From Octopus sinensis (lineage: Eukaryota): a stretch of 64,000 nt of DNA. Shown here piece by piece: positions 26,941-38,768 of the stretch (its first letter is position 1; each line of letters begins with the position of its first letter). The stretch is taken from contig NC_043008.1 in assembly GCF_006345805.1 (NCBI RefSeq), positions 17,918,001-17,982,000 of the forward strand, given 5' to 3'. Position numbers and translations under genes: made by a program. A model generated the notes under the pieces. It was not told the DNA's origin and searched no databases. It saw only the letters and a list, made by a program, of their open reading frames with translations.

Positions 26941-27230
26941 GGTCAGCTGGCAGAAACGTTAGCACGGCGGGCAAAATACGTAGCCGGATTTCGGCTGCCG
27001 CTACGCTCTGAATTCAAATTCCGCCGAGGTCGACTTTGCTTTTCATCATTTCGGGGTCGATAAATTAAGTACCAGTTACGCACTGGGGTTGATGTAATCG
27101 AGTTAATCTCTTTGTCTGTCCTTGTTTGTCCTCTCTGTGTTTAGCCCCTTGTAGGTAGTAAAGAAATAAGTATTTGTTTGTTCTTTGCTTGTCTCCTCTA
27201 TGTTTAACCTTATGTGGGCAATAAGAAATA
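26941..27230 (+). mobile_element. SINE family A
   Basis: ggtcagctggcagaaacgttagcacgg..gaattcaaattccgccgaggtcgactttg. Confidence 0.88.
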
Positions 27231-27489
27231 AAAAATAAAAATAAAATTTTGGAGTGAAACTGAAAAAAGGGATACTGCATTGTAGTCTATGGAATATATA
27301 TCTTGTAATTCGAAGTATCAGTCATACCATATCCTTTGTCACGTTGATTCTGCGTAAGATTTAGCTTAATGAAATGTATGTCTATCAAATGGTCAGTCAT
27401 TTACACATAAATTAAATGAGGTAGTTTGTGTGTTTTAAAATGATCTAATGCTCAACGTCGGAACCGACGTTTAAGTAAACATACTTGCT

Positions 27490-27667
27490 TTTACTCTTTT
27501 ACGAGTTTCAGTCATTTGACTGTGGCCATGTTGGAGCACCACCTTGAGCCTAGTACTTATTTTATCGGTCTCATTGCCGAACTGCTACGTTACGGGGGAC
27601 GTAAACACACCAGCATCGGTTGTCAAGCGATGTTAGGGGACAAACACAGACACACAAACATATACAG

Positions 27668-27733
<66 letters not shown>

Positions 27734-28095
27734 ATCCAAGCAAGAAAACAAAAACAAAAAACACAACAACGCAAGGACGTGGAACAAATAAAGTATTATT
27801 GGACGCTCAGGAAAGAAGGGAAGAAGGAGGGTTTGACGCTTCGAGCGGAGCCCTTCGTCGGAAACATAGGAGAAGGAAAGATCCCGAGAAGGGAAAACAG
27901 GGGGGAAAAATCGCTAGTGGTACAAACGAGGTCACATACACGACGGGCTTCTTTCAGTTTCCGTCTACCAAATTCACTCACAAGGCTTTAGTCGGCGCGA
28001 GGCTATAGTAGAAGACACTTGTCTAAGATGCCACGCAGTGGGACTGAAACCGGAACCGTGTGGCTCGTAAGCAAATTACCACACAGCCACTCCGA
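27490..28095 (-). mobile_element. SINE family B with a nested ~200-bp hammerhead-bearing repeat (27730-27935) in its internal microsatellite
   Basis: 3' half at 27490-27660, (TA)n, foreign insert, then 5' half at 27938-28095. Confidence 0.8.
27831..27865 (-). ncRNA. Hammerhead-like motif
   Basis: GTTT-CCGACGA-A-GGGC-tcc-GCTC-GAA-GCGT-C-AAAC; GUC triplet, G at position 15.1. Confidence 0.5.
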
Positions 28096-28638
28096 AACAA
28101 ATCACTCAACAACACCCTCTTGAGTGATGATTCCCATCTGGTCATGGAAGAGACTGCAAGGATTTATAAGGACACCATGCATGCCGCTCATCTCTCCGAT
28201 GAGAGCATCATCCTGTAAATCATTGGTACTGTTGACCAATAGCCTATTCCTCCCAACAAACCCAAAAATCTACTTTCTATGATTAAAATCTGGAGACTGT
28301 GAAGGCCACATAAAGCTTGTGGAAGTCACCTTTTATGTTCCTCATAGAATATTTGTATGTCTTATGTCTGATGTGTTTGTACCTCAGATTGCGTTACTTG
28401 GAAATATACCCCGTCGTTTTCATTAGTTGTTTTTGTTGATTTCCTGGAGCTGATGGACAAATTTAACCTTTCGGAGAAAGTCTGACCGCTGGGTATTTGT
28501 TTGTCTTTTGTCCGGAACAACATATCCTCAGCAGGTTCCACAAACGAATTCCCGATTCTAAACATTAAAATTATGGTCATGTTCTTTGTAGTGACAAAGC
28601 CATTTAAATTCCTGCTATGTATATATATATATATATAT

Positions 28639-28911
28639 AGCAAGGAAAAATTGTAAAAATGCAGAATGCTAAATTGAAAGAAAATTTTAATGAAATGAGA
28701 AATTGATAAAATATATAAATATATATTTATTCAAACCGGTTTTCGTCATAGTTTGACTTATCAAGAATAGTTCACCTAACTATTCTTGATAAGTCAAACT
28801 ATGACGAAAACCGGTTTGAATAAATATATATTTATATATTTTATCAATTTCTCATTTCATTAAAATTTTCTTTCAATTTAGCATTCTGCATTTTTACAAT
28901 TTTTCCTTGCT
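28639..28911. repeat. Perfect palindrome, 134-bp arms with a 5-nt loop (CACCT)
   Basis: 28639-28772 is the exact reverse complement of 28778-28911 as read by eye; the left flank is (TA)n. Confidence 0.97.
28781..28822 (+). ncRNA. Minimal hammerhead-like motif, U3-A8 core variant (identical mirror on - strand at 28728-28769)
   Basis: TATTC-TTGATAA-GTCA-aacta-TGAC-GAA-AACCGGTT-T-GAATA. Confidence 0.65.
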
Positions 28912-30129
28912 TATCATTTCTCCACGTGCGGTCAACACAACCCCACCATTTATTGATCTCTCTCTCTCTCTATATATATATATACATATGCATATGTTAT
29001 TTTCCCTTTCCATCATTTTGTTCAATGGGTAGGTTACATTTATTGATACATCTGGACTTCAGTGCTTCCTTTCATTGGCTCTTTTAATTTCATGGCCCTA
29101 ATAATTTGTTAGCTCATTTTCAATAACTTTGTTGATTTGTGTATTTTTTTCAACTTATTCACTTTACGGTTTATAGAGTTGCCCCTGCTTAAATGACGCA
29201 CTGCCTGCTCAGAGTCCCAACAAGTCTCTATCTGTTTTATCTTGTTCTGCTTCATTTTCTGTTCTGACATTTAGTGTTTCTTCTTATTCCACAGACTTCG
29301 GCATTTTCCCTTTACTTTTCTGATACATTCTTTTGCACAAATTTTACAACGCAATTTGTGAAACATGAAAATTTTTCCAACATAATTGCCTTCCATATAC
29401 AATCTACTAATACCATGATTTTGCATAACATATCACCAGCAGCTTTATGGCTTACCATTTAATTTCTTTAGTGTCCTCTATTATGATGCATGCACTGTAT
29501 ACCATGACAGCCATAGCATGCGAGGTAGTAGAAGTGAAAACACTTTTACTCTTTAGGTGAAATTTTTATATCGTCTTGGTAATTATTTATTATTCAGCGT
29601 GACATTCACTTTTAATATTTTATGCTAACAGCTTCCAGGACTCCTATGTTCTAGTACACATTTTCAGCATACATTTTTTAATGCATCATTTTATATCCTC
29701 CCGGTAAAATGATAGCATCGTAAGAGAGTCGGCCGAAATGCTCCGCGATATTTGTTGTTCTTTATTCTTCATTTTAAATCCCGCCGAGACCATCTTTGCT
29801 TTTTCATGCATCCGGAATTGATAAAATAAATAGCGTATTATAAAGTCATCTCAAAAGTCATAAACTAAATATATTTGTATCTGCTTATTTCTGTATCATT
29901 TGGTACAATAAATTTGAAATTCGAATCTTTAATTCGAACACTTTTCAAGAATTTGGTGGATACTTTGCATCGAATATTATATCGGAGAGTGCATCACCCT
30001 CTTTATTTAATATCTTATTATTATCTCAGTTTCTCGTATAGAATCTTGAACCAACTGACTTACAACCTTTTGTTTCTTTTGGCCCTTCATATTGCTTTTG
30101 ACTTCCTCTCATGTGCAACCTCTGCGATT

Positions 30130-31400
30130 TTAAATTACGTTGAGAAGTAAATGGGGCTTTTTCGTTCTCCAAGTCTTCCTCCTTTGTTTTCTTTCATTTG
30201 AGTTAGTTTTGTTTGAAGAATCGATATCTTCTGGCGTTCAGGGATCTGATCCACCACATGGTACTTGTTGAGTTGAAGCAGCAACATTTGAAATTAAAGG
30301 AGAGGCTATTCTGAGACTGGTAATTTCTCCTTCTCATGCAGAAACATATTCATCAATGTTTAAAAGACAACGGATCATATGAATTGGGGGGATATCATCA
30401 TCAATGAATATTTCTTGTCAAGAGAATGAATACTTTTTACCCTAAAATCTGATAGCGTGTACGGAGAAGTCAGTTTTCGAGAAAATCGAAAGTAATCGAA
30501 GAATTTCAGAAATCTCTTCGTTTTCCAATTGTTTTCTGTCTTCCACATATCAGTCGCGGACTTGTAGTGGTTTTAAAACGCTGCAAGACTGTTCTATCAT
30601 GGGATTGACTTTTATGTGAATATTACGGGAAATACACGGCAATAACACTCCATTTTCCCGGGCATATTTTATAGCATGTACGTTGATGTGACATACAGGA
30701 CTATGAAATATATACAGCACACTTTTTCCTGGTGTGAAGTGAGATTTGGCTACAATACGCTTCATATAATTGGAAATGTTTTTGGTTTCAACTACTCCGA
30801 GGGACTCGTCAGAGCGATTGATAAAATCTGGTGGTTTAACAAAAATCATTTTCATTAATGTTAACCATGGGGAACAAAGGCATTACATAAACAGCGATCT
30901 CTGAGGCACTACGTACAAAGAAAATTATCACTAAGTGTCCTTGCTTCTGCTGATAAGATGACACAAGTTTGTTTAGTCCTTTTCCCGTTGATGATAGTCT
31001 GTGGGCACGGCTTTGAATATATCAGATTTGGTTGCAATTCCCGGTTTTGGAAGAAGTGAGCACACATCTTTCCATAAGAGTTTCATAATTATTGAAGCTG
31101 GTTCTTATGCGACTATAATTTTGGTACCTAGTAAAATAAATTAACTGTGAAACGAACAGATATTGAGCGACTTCAAAATTTTTTAATGTTACGTCCACGA
31201 TATAACCTCTCCGTTTCAACACAAGTTATTTAACAGACAACCACAACTCGGTAAGTTTTACATTAATGAGAAAAATACACGAACCTTTCCCTATTGGATT
31301 CCTAACATTGTATGCAAAGGGTCATAGAGGCGGCACTAAAAAAGCTACAGCAGAGTCATTGCCATGCCTTTTGTTTTTTGAAAATGGGATGCTTTACCTT
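30130..31400 (-). mobile_element. Decayed pogo/Tigger-type (DDE_1) transposase
   Basis: Fragments KQTCVILSAEARTL, SASEIAVYVMPLFPMVN, CHINVHAIKYARENGVLLPC..HIKVNP and SDFRVKSIHSLD match the pogo DDE_1 motif order; multiple frameshifts; TIRs not identified. Confidence 0.75.
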
Positions 31401-32269
31401 ACTACACCTTTCGATTAATCTCGCTCGTCCCTTCGTATTTTAGGTATAGTAACTTCAGTTTAATTCCCCTCAATTGTAATACTTACTTATATGCGGTAAC
31501 TGCTGTTTCTAGCCGTTAATATCGACGTTTGTTTTTCTTTTTTCTTTACATCTATTTTAATTTCATAAGATAACCCATTATCCTTTACAAGCGTTTCAAG
31601 GTTCGGGAGAGTGTACAGATGACAAATATATTTGCGCCAATATGCGATGAGGAGAATTAATTTCACTTTGATCGCTAGTACATTTGGGAAAGTGATGTCA
31701 GTCACAGCATATTTCTTCGTCTAAAATTTCGTGGACTCTTGAACAAGTTGAGAGAAATCAATAAATTTTCTCAAAATTTAGACTCACTGCCGCGAGATAT
31801 TTAGGTTGAACGCGTTTTGTATGTTCAACATAAAATACAGTGAGATTTCTCTCTTTGTTACCAATTTTTACTTGTAGTTACCCATTTCCTAATTATATAT
31901 ATTACATTGTGATTCTTTTAATTGGTAATTATTATTTTTTACTACTTCCCTTTTTTTTTGCATTTATGTGATTATTGTTCATTTTCATGTCTTTTTTATG
32001 TTCATTTAGTATTCATTATTTCTTATTTTTTTTAATTGTTGTTAACTTTATAAATATGCTAATTAAGGAAAATGTCATCAGAATTTTTAACATTTTAGAA
32101 ATAATCGATAATTAAGTTTAATAAGAAGAGAATGATATTAAGAAAGATAGAAAAATAGAGAAAGAGTTAGGGAGGGAGAGAGAGGGAGAGAGAGAAAGAC
32201 ATAAAGGAAGAAAAATCATTGTAATTTGATGGAATGTTGTCTGTAGTCAATCAAACAAATCAAGCACAA

Positions 32270-32324
32270 TAACAACAACGACAACAACAATAATAAAGTT
32301 AATAATAATAATAATAACAATAGT

Positions 32325-32360
<36 letters not shown>

Positions 32361-32372
32361 TGCAGTAGTAGC

Positions 32373-32432
<60 letters not shown>

Positions 32433-32470
32433 GGTGGTGGTGGTGGTGCTGTTGCCAACAACAACAACAA
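32270..32470. repeat. Compound trinucleotide microsatellite (AAT/GCA/GTA/GGT/AAC)
   Basis: Visible arrays. Confidence 0.95.
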
Positions 32471-32819
32471 AAATCACGGAAAACATCATTAGAAAAAAAC
32501 CAAATTCATTAGAATTCATTCTTTATTTTATTATGGTGGAACAGCAAAATGTATAACACAATAAATGGAATCAGTGAATTGCTCCAATGAAAGATTGGTA
32601 ATTAACAACCCGAATTTTCACAACAAAAAGTATTGATAATTCATGATTTTATTTTGTTAATTATGCTTTTTTTTTGTTTTGTTTTTATTTTTGTTTTTGT
32701 TTTTTGTTTTTGTTTGTTTGTTTTTTTTTCGTTTTCATTCTTCTTGAACTTTTTGCTCGCACAATATTCTTTATATTGGCTGGCAAAATTTTCTGATAAT
32801 ATCTAGAATGAGAAAATTG

Positions 32820-32822
32820 GAA

Positions 32823-32857
<35 letters not shown>

Positions 32858-32858
32858 T

Positions 32859-32921
<63 letters not shown>

Positions 32922-32935
32922 TAAATAATAATAGA
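32820..32935. repeat. (AAT)n microsatellite
   Basis: Visible array. Confidence 0.95.
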
Positions 32936-34266
32936 AAAAAAAACAACAAAAGAATCACAAGTATTAGACGTCGTATTCGGAATGAAGATATGTTATATTA
33001 CTTGGCGAAATATTGAACGTTAAATGTATGAAAAATTTTTATTAATATAGTCAGTGGATTGTTACACGATCATATTTTAACTATTTATATTCTAGCATTG
33101 GCTATTGCTATGACTTTCTGTTGAAGATTTTTTTTTCTGTAGCTGTAAATTTAGGTTTTGATATAAAAGTACTAAATTACTGAGTAATTTTATTCTAGTG
33201 ATTCGTGTATACACACATAGAGACGTATTTAAGTTTCTTTTCATAGACGAAAGATGAGAGTTCTGAAATTTATTGATGAATGTCCTGTACACTTGACTTG
33301 TTTATGGTGATCAAACTTCCCCATAGATATTGCCTCTACAGGTGCAGTATGTACAACGGGAAATGTCGTTTTGATCGCAGAAGAAGGTGAGATGACGAGC
33401 ACAAGGCATTGCCAAGTTCGGGGAATCTAAACCAAGACATCGTAATAGTCAGTACAACACCTGAAACGCCAGTCCATGCACTCTTTCATATATACATACT
33501 TGTGTGTGTGTGTGTGTGTGTATGTATGTGTGTGTGTATGTGTGTGTGTGCAATTGTATATGTGTATACATGCACACACATTTGTGTAGGTGTGTGTTTG
33601 TGCATGTCTTCATTTTTGTTCGAAACTAAACGTAATCTGTTAAGACAGAATCGTGAAGTCTATTAAGCCAGAGACCCGTTAATATGAAGCATCTTATCCG
33701 TGTTTCTACTACTTGTAACATACTTGCCAATCTCGTAGTAGAAAATAAATAATATGTTAAATATAACGTTAACTAAACTTCTTGAAATACTTTCTTCCAT
33801 CACTCTTCCAGCCTCATACTATTGAGTACGGATATATATGATCTCTTCACTTTGTTCATCTGTTCCATAGATGTAATGAATTTCTTTAACGCAGTAACTT
33901 TCCACACGTACAATCTTTAATTATTTTAACATGTCTGTCAGACTTAGCAATTCTCAAACTAAAATCCTCACATCATATATTGATTATTTTCTCTTTGGTT
34001 TTTTTTTTCTCGATACCGAATACTGTTTTAATATGTTATATCAATCATATCATGTCTAACACAGAATAGAAGACACCGCTTTTTATAAGGCAGCGTATCG
34101 TATCTCAGTTTTCTCGCATTTAATAACACTCCTGACCTGCCGAAATATTGTAATCTTAGAGGAAGTCATAAAAGTCATCCATGGTCATAAATTATATCAG
34201 CTGTCTGTACTTCTATATATAATTTTTATGTATGTTCATCGGGTAGAGCAACTTCTCATATACATA

Positions 34267-34306
<40 letters not shown>

Positions 34307-35039
34307 AACACGCAACTGTATGTGTTCCCGTGTGGCTATCTGGCTAGTTGGTCACGAATAATTTCCAAACATACGACATATGTCAAAAGCTTGGTGTTTC
34401 TTCTCTCTCTATCTCTCTCTCCCTTCACACTCCTTGGAATTTATGGCAATGAAACACATCAACAATCGAAGCCACATCTATCCAAATGTCATCTCCGTGA
34501 CTGTCAACACTTATTGTTTGATGCATACCAACTAGCATTCAACTAGTATAACATATCCTTAAATCATTTCTTGTGGTCATGTAATGTAACCTTCTTTCAG
34601 TCAGTCATATTTCTCTACACAAGTTCCCCCTCAGCCCATGTGGGCACTTGATCACTTACTCTTGTTATTTATTTGCATAAAAAAACCCTCGTTAAAGTTA
34701 TTTCTATAGATTTCCAACTCGGAAAATCTACATACTACTAACTCAGTTCATATCCTAGTTTTCTTTGAAAGTGTAATCCAACTGAAGTATAAATTTTCGC
34801 CCCTGGTATCTTACCAATGTGAGAGATACTGCACCAAACGCTTAAACTAAGTGACTATATCAAATCAAAACGCGTTGTCTCTCGATCCACAGATAACATT
34901 ATTGAGTGAGGCCTCTGTGATTTTAAACACATTCGTCTCTATGAGAAGGTCCACTGAATCATAACGTTATAGCTAGCACAATTCTTACTCCCTATATGGT
35001 AAAAAGTCAAGTTCCTTCCAGAGTCATACAGACATATAG

Positions 35040-35272
35040 GGACCGTTTTCCCGGTTTCCATGGCGTATATATTCTCCACCTGGACGGGACGCCGGTCCGT
35101 TTCCAGATTACTCAGTTTTGCCAGCTGAGTTAACTTGAGAAACGTGAAAGAATAGTTTTGCTAAAGCCACAACGCGTCGCCCGTTCCAGGAATCGAAACC
35201 AAAATTTTTGATGATGAGACCAACATCCTAACCACTAAGCCACGCGTCTCCGCAGTCTGTATACAAATCCTT
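35040..35272 (-). mobile_element. SINE family D-related
   Basis: ccacctggacgggacgccggtcc..ggaatcgaaacc..ctaaccactaagccacgcgtctcc; inverted relative to 36080-36330. Confidence 0.75.
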
Positions 35273-35611
35273 ATTTTATATTTGATCGAATGCTTTCCTA
35301 AATGCGTATATTGATTTGATATTACTATTTGTAAGATTGTTTTTACATGTATTTGAGGATATTCTTAATATCTGAATATTTAAATGCGTGTGCGTCTGTG
35401 TTTGTGTAGGTATAAGATCACTCAAATTTCCATTGCATCGTGTATCATTAGTTAACTTTTTTCCACCTCATCTTTCAATCCATAGACTTGTGTCACGGGT
35501 CGAGATAATTTGTAACTTTATGAATAGCTATTGGGTACGTATCAGGCAATCACCTCGCTGAGACTAATTAGCATGGTATAGCCAGTGGAGTTCCCTATGT
35601 CCTAGGCTATG

Positions 35612-36015
35612 AGTGGCTAGCTTGCAGAAACGTTAGCACGCCGGTCGAAATGCTTAGCAGTAGTTCGTCTGCCGCTACATTCTGAGTTCAAATTCCGCCG
35701 AGGTTGACTTTGCCTTTCATCCTTTCGGGGGCGATTAAATAAGTACCAGTTACGCACTGGGGTCGATATAATCGGCTTAATTCATTTGTCTGTCCTTGTT
35801 TGTCTTCTCTTGTAGGAAGTGATGAAATATGTATTTCGTCTGCCGCTATGTTCTGAGTTCAAATTCTGCCGAGGTCGACTTTGCCTTTCATCCTTTCGAG
35901 GTCGATTAAATAAGCACCAGTTACTCACTGGGGTCGATATAATCGGCTTAATCCGTTTGTCCCTCCTTGTTTGTCCCCTATGTGTGTAGCCCCTTTTGGG
36001 CAGTAAAGAAATAAG
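35612..36015 (+). mobile_element. SINE family A, two units
   Basis: Head followed by a duplicated ttctgagttcaaattc..ttaatccgtttg unit. Confidence 0.88.
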
Positions 36016-36079
36016 CGTATGTGCCTGCTTGTATGCGAGCGAACATTGTTCGTTTGTATATATGTATGTATTTTAACCT

Positions 36080-36330
36080 GTTGAGGCACGTGGCTTAGTG
36101 GTTAGGGTGTTGGACTTATGATCGCAAGATTGTGGTTTCGATTCCTTGACCGGGCGATGCGTTTTTTTATGGAGCAAAACACTCTATTTCACGTTGCTCT
36201 AGTCTACTCAGCTGGCAAAAATGAGTAATCCTGCGACGGATCGGCGTACTGTCCAGGTAGGGATTTTATACACCACTGAAACAGGGAAACTGGCCTTTAT
36301 GAGCATGGTACGGCTCGAGAAGGAAACATT
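36080..36330 (+). mobile_element. SINE family D-related
   Basis: gaggcacgtggcttagtggttagggtg..ggtttcgattcc..cctgcgacggatcggcgtactgtccagg. Confidence 0.8.
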
Positions 36331-36789
36331 TCTTCTTCTATTTCACCCTAGTATTCCTTTGTTCCTTTTACATAGAAGAGTTCTCAAATAATGAATTTTA
36401 TACTGAGGAATTTGCTAGCACACATGCATAGCTATGAACATTTTCGACATTAGTGTGTAACATTGTGCTCACAGAAGTCACGGTATGAATGTCTATCTAG
36501 TTATTTAAATATTTCAGATTGATAATGGTGATTATGTTATTATTGCAAGATTTGAACAGCTCTATTTGAGTTCGCTCGCAACCCAGGACGTTACATTTGA
36601 AACCGTCACGTTTAATTCTACATCTTTTGTTTTTCAGATCTTAGGATGAAACTTCAACGAAATTTGGCTGTTTGTTTCAATGGGACGAACGACGGGATAG
36701 AACATTAGTTATTATTTCTCCTTCCTGCGTAATACACGTCAAGCGAACCTATGGTAAGATACTTTACACTTGTAATCATCCTCACATAT

Positions 36790-37400
36790 ATTTAATGCTA
36801 GATAGCAGAGAAGTAGGCAGGAGGCATGTCCATTAACTCTAGTTTGACATTAATATATCTGGTCTGTACAAATTACATCCGAACTCTGTAATGATATATC
36901 TCCGGACAGTGTATACTTTACAATTTCAGTTTTCTTTATATATATACCAGTGTAATTCATAGATAAATAATAAATTCCATGTGTTATCTCTTCGTATCTG
37001 ATTATACCTGCTTTCGAAGTATCCAGTATATTGCTCAACATAGCGCTAATAACTAAAGATCGAGAACTATCAGGTTTCTACTTGATAATTTTGATGTACT
37101 ACTACAGTTTACTCCTATATTTCCTATATAAATGAGTTATATTCATATTATTGCCGACGTTCAGTAGAATCCAATATGTAAATAACAACGCTTGTGTTAA
37201 TCAATGCATGGTCCATATCATCATTTTTAGACATGTGGTAAACCTGAATAAGCAGATCTAATCATCTAGCATGCTTCAATCGTCAAGGTTTCTCTTATTC
37301 TTTTTTATTCAGACTTACATTTTGGTATTGTTTGCTCCTTTAAATGCAGTACGATGGGATTTGATGGATATTTGGCTGTGTTTGCTAGCATATCAATCAG
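36790..37400 (-). pseudogene. Decayed leucine-rich-repeat coding relic
   Basis: Minus-strand fragments QISIKSHRTAFKGANNTKM, SAYSGLPHV, RNLIVLDL(SY) and IYYLSMNYTGI fit the LxxLxLxxN/xxAFxGL pattern. Confidence 0.45.
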
Positions 37401-37434
37401 CTATTTCTGATACTTTACTATTGGTAATTTACTA

Positions 37435-37830
37435 TTCTTTTCTAATCTAGGCACAAGGCGCGAAATATTTGGGGAGGGCACCAGTCGATTATATACACCC
37501 AAGTACACAACTGGTAATTAATTTATCGACCCCGAAACGATAAAAGGCAAAATCGACATCGGCGGAATTTGAACTCAGAACGTAAAGACAGGCGAAATAC
37601 CTATTTCTTTACTACCCACAAGGGGTTAAACACAGAGGGGACAAACAAGGACAGACAAACGGATTAAGTCGATTGTATCGACCCCAGTGCGTAACTGGTA
37701 CTTAATTTATCGACCCGAAAGAATGGAAGGCAAAGTCGACCTCGGCGGAATTTGAACTCAGAACGTAACGGCAGACGAAATTCGGCTGCGCATTTTGCCC
37801 AGCGTGCTAACGTTTCTGCCAGCTCACCGC
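37435..37830 (-). mobile_element. SINE family A, two units
   Basis: Reverse complement of head, units and 3' tail (..ctttttctaatctaggcacaagg). Confidence 0.88.
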
Positions 37831-38249
37831 GTAATAATTTAAAATTGATAAACTACAAAGCTCACACCAAACTAGAAACGAACATTTTTCACTCATTTGA
37901 AAAGATGTTGCAGCTGTAAACACTGGTATTCAAGATTGCATCCACAAAAAAGCCACCCTAATAACTGGCGTAAAATTACTCCGAGACCCGCTCCAACCCC
38001 TGATTCAAGGGCCGCTTTCTAGCCTCTCAACCTTTTCTATCATAACTATGATGGTCACTCGTCCTCGGTGCTGACTGGGACCATACCATTTCCACTCAGT
38101 TATTCCTGACCAAGCCGTCTCCCCTTTATTTACTCTTATCCTGCCCATCTAAAATTTCCTCCCGGTTTATGTATGTCTTGCATTGTCCACGTGAAACCTC
38201 TCAACAGAAACATTAGTCATCAATGGCACCACGAATCCCCATGGTCTTA

Positions 38250-38768
38250 AGGCGGCGAGCTGGCAGAATCGTTAGCGCGCCGGGCGAAATGCTTAGCGGT
38301 ATTTCGTCTACCGCTACGTTCTGAGTTCAAATTCCGCCGAGGTCGACTTTGGCTTTCATCCTTTCGGGGTCGATAAATTAAGTATCTGTTACGCACTGGG
38401 GTCGATATAACCGACTTAATCCGTTTCTCCTTGTTTGCCACCTCTGTGTGTTGTTATTTGTTTGTTCCTTCTCAAGCCATGTCTGGCTCATAAAGTCCGG
38501 TTTCCCGGTTTCTTTGGCGTATAGGTTCCCCACCTGGACGGGACGCCGGTCTGTCGCAGGTGAGGAGGAAAGAGTGAAAGAAAGTTGTGGTGAGAGAGTT
38601 AGCAGAAGTTCGCCATTATCTTCTGCCGGAGCCGCGTGGAGCTTAGGTGTTTCGCTCATAAACACACACATCGCCCGGTCTGAGATCCCTCGACCGCGAG
38701 TCCGCTGCTCTAACCACTAGGCCATGTGCCTCTGTGTGTAACCTCTTGTGGGAAGTAAAGAAATAAGA
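38250..38768 (+). mobile_element. SINE family A split by an antisense family-D SINE
   Basis: The family-A sequence stops at 38451 and resumes after 38739; cctctgtgtgt is duplicated at both junctions. Confidence 0.85.
38452..38728 (-). mobile_element. SINE family D, full length
   Basis: tRNA-like head ggcacatggcctagtggttagagcagcggactcgcgg on the - strand; 11-bp TSD. Confidence 0.88.
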
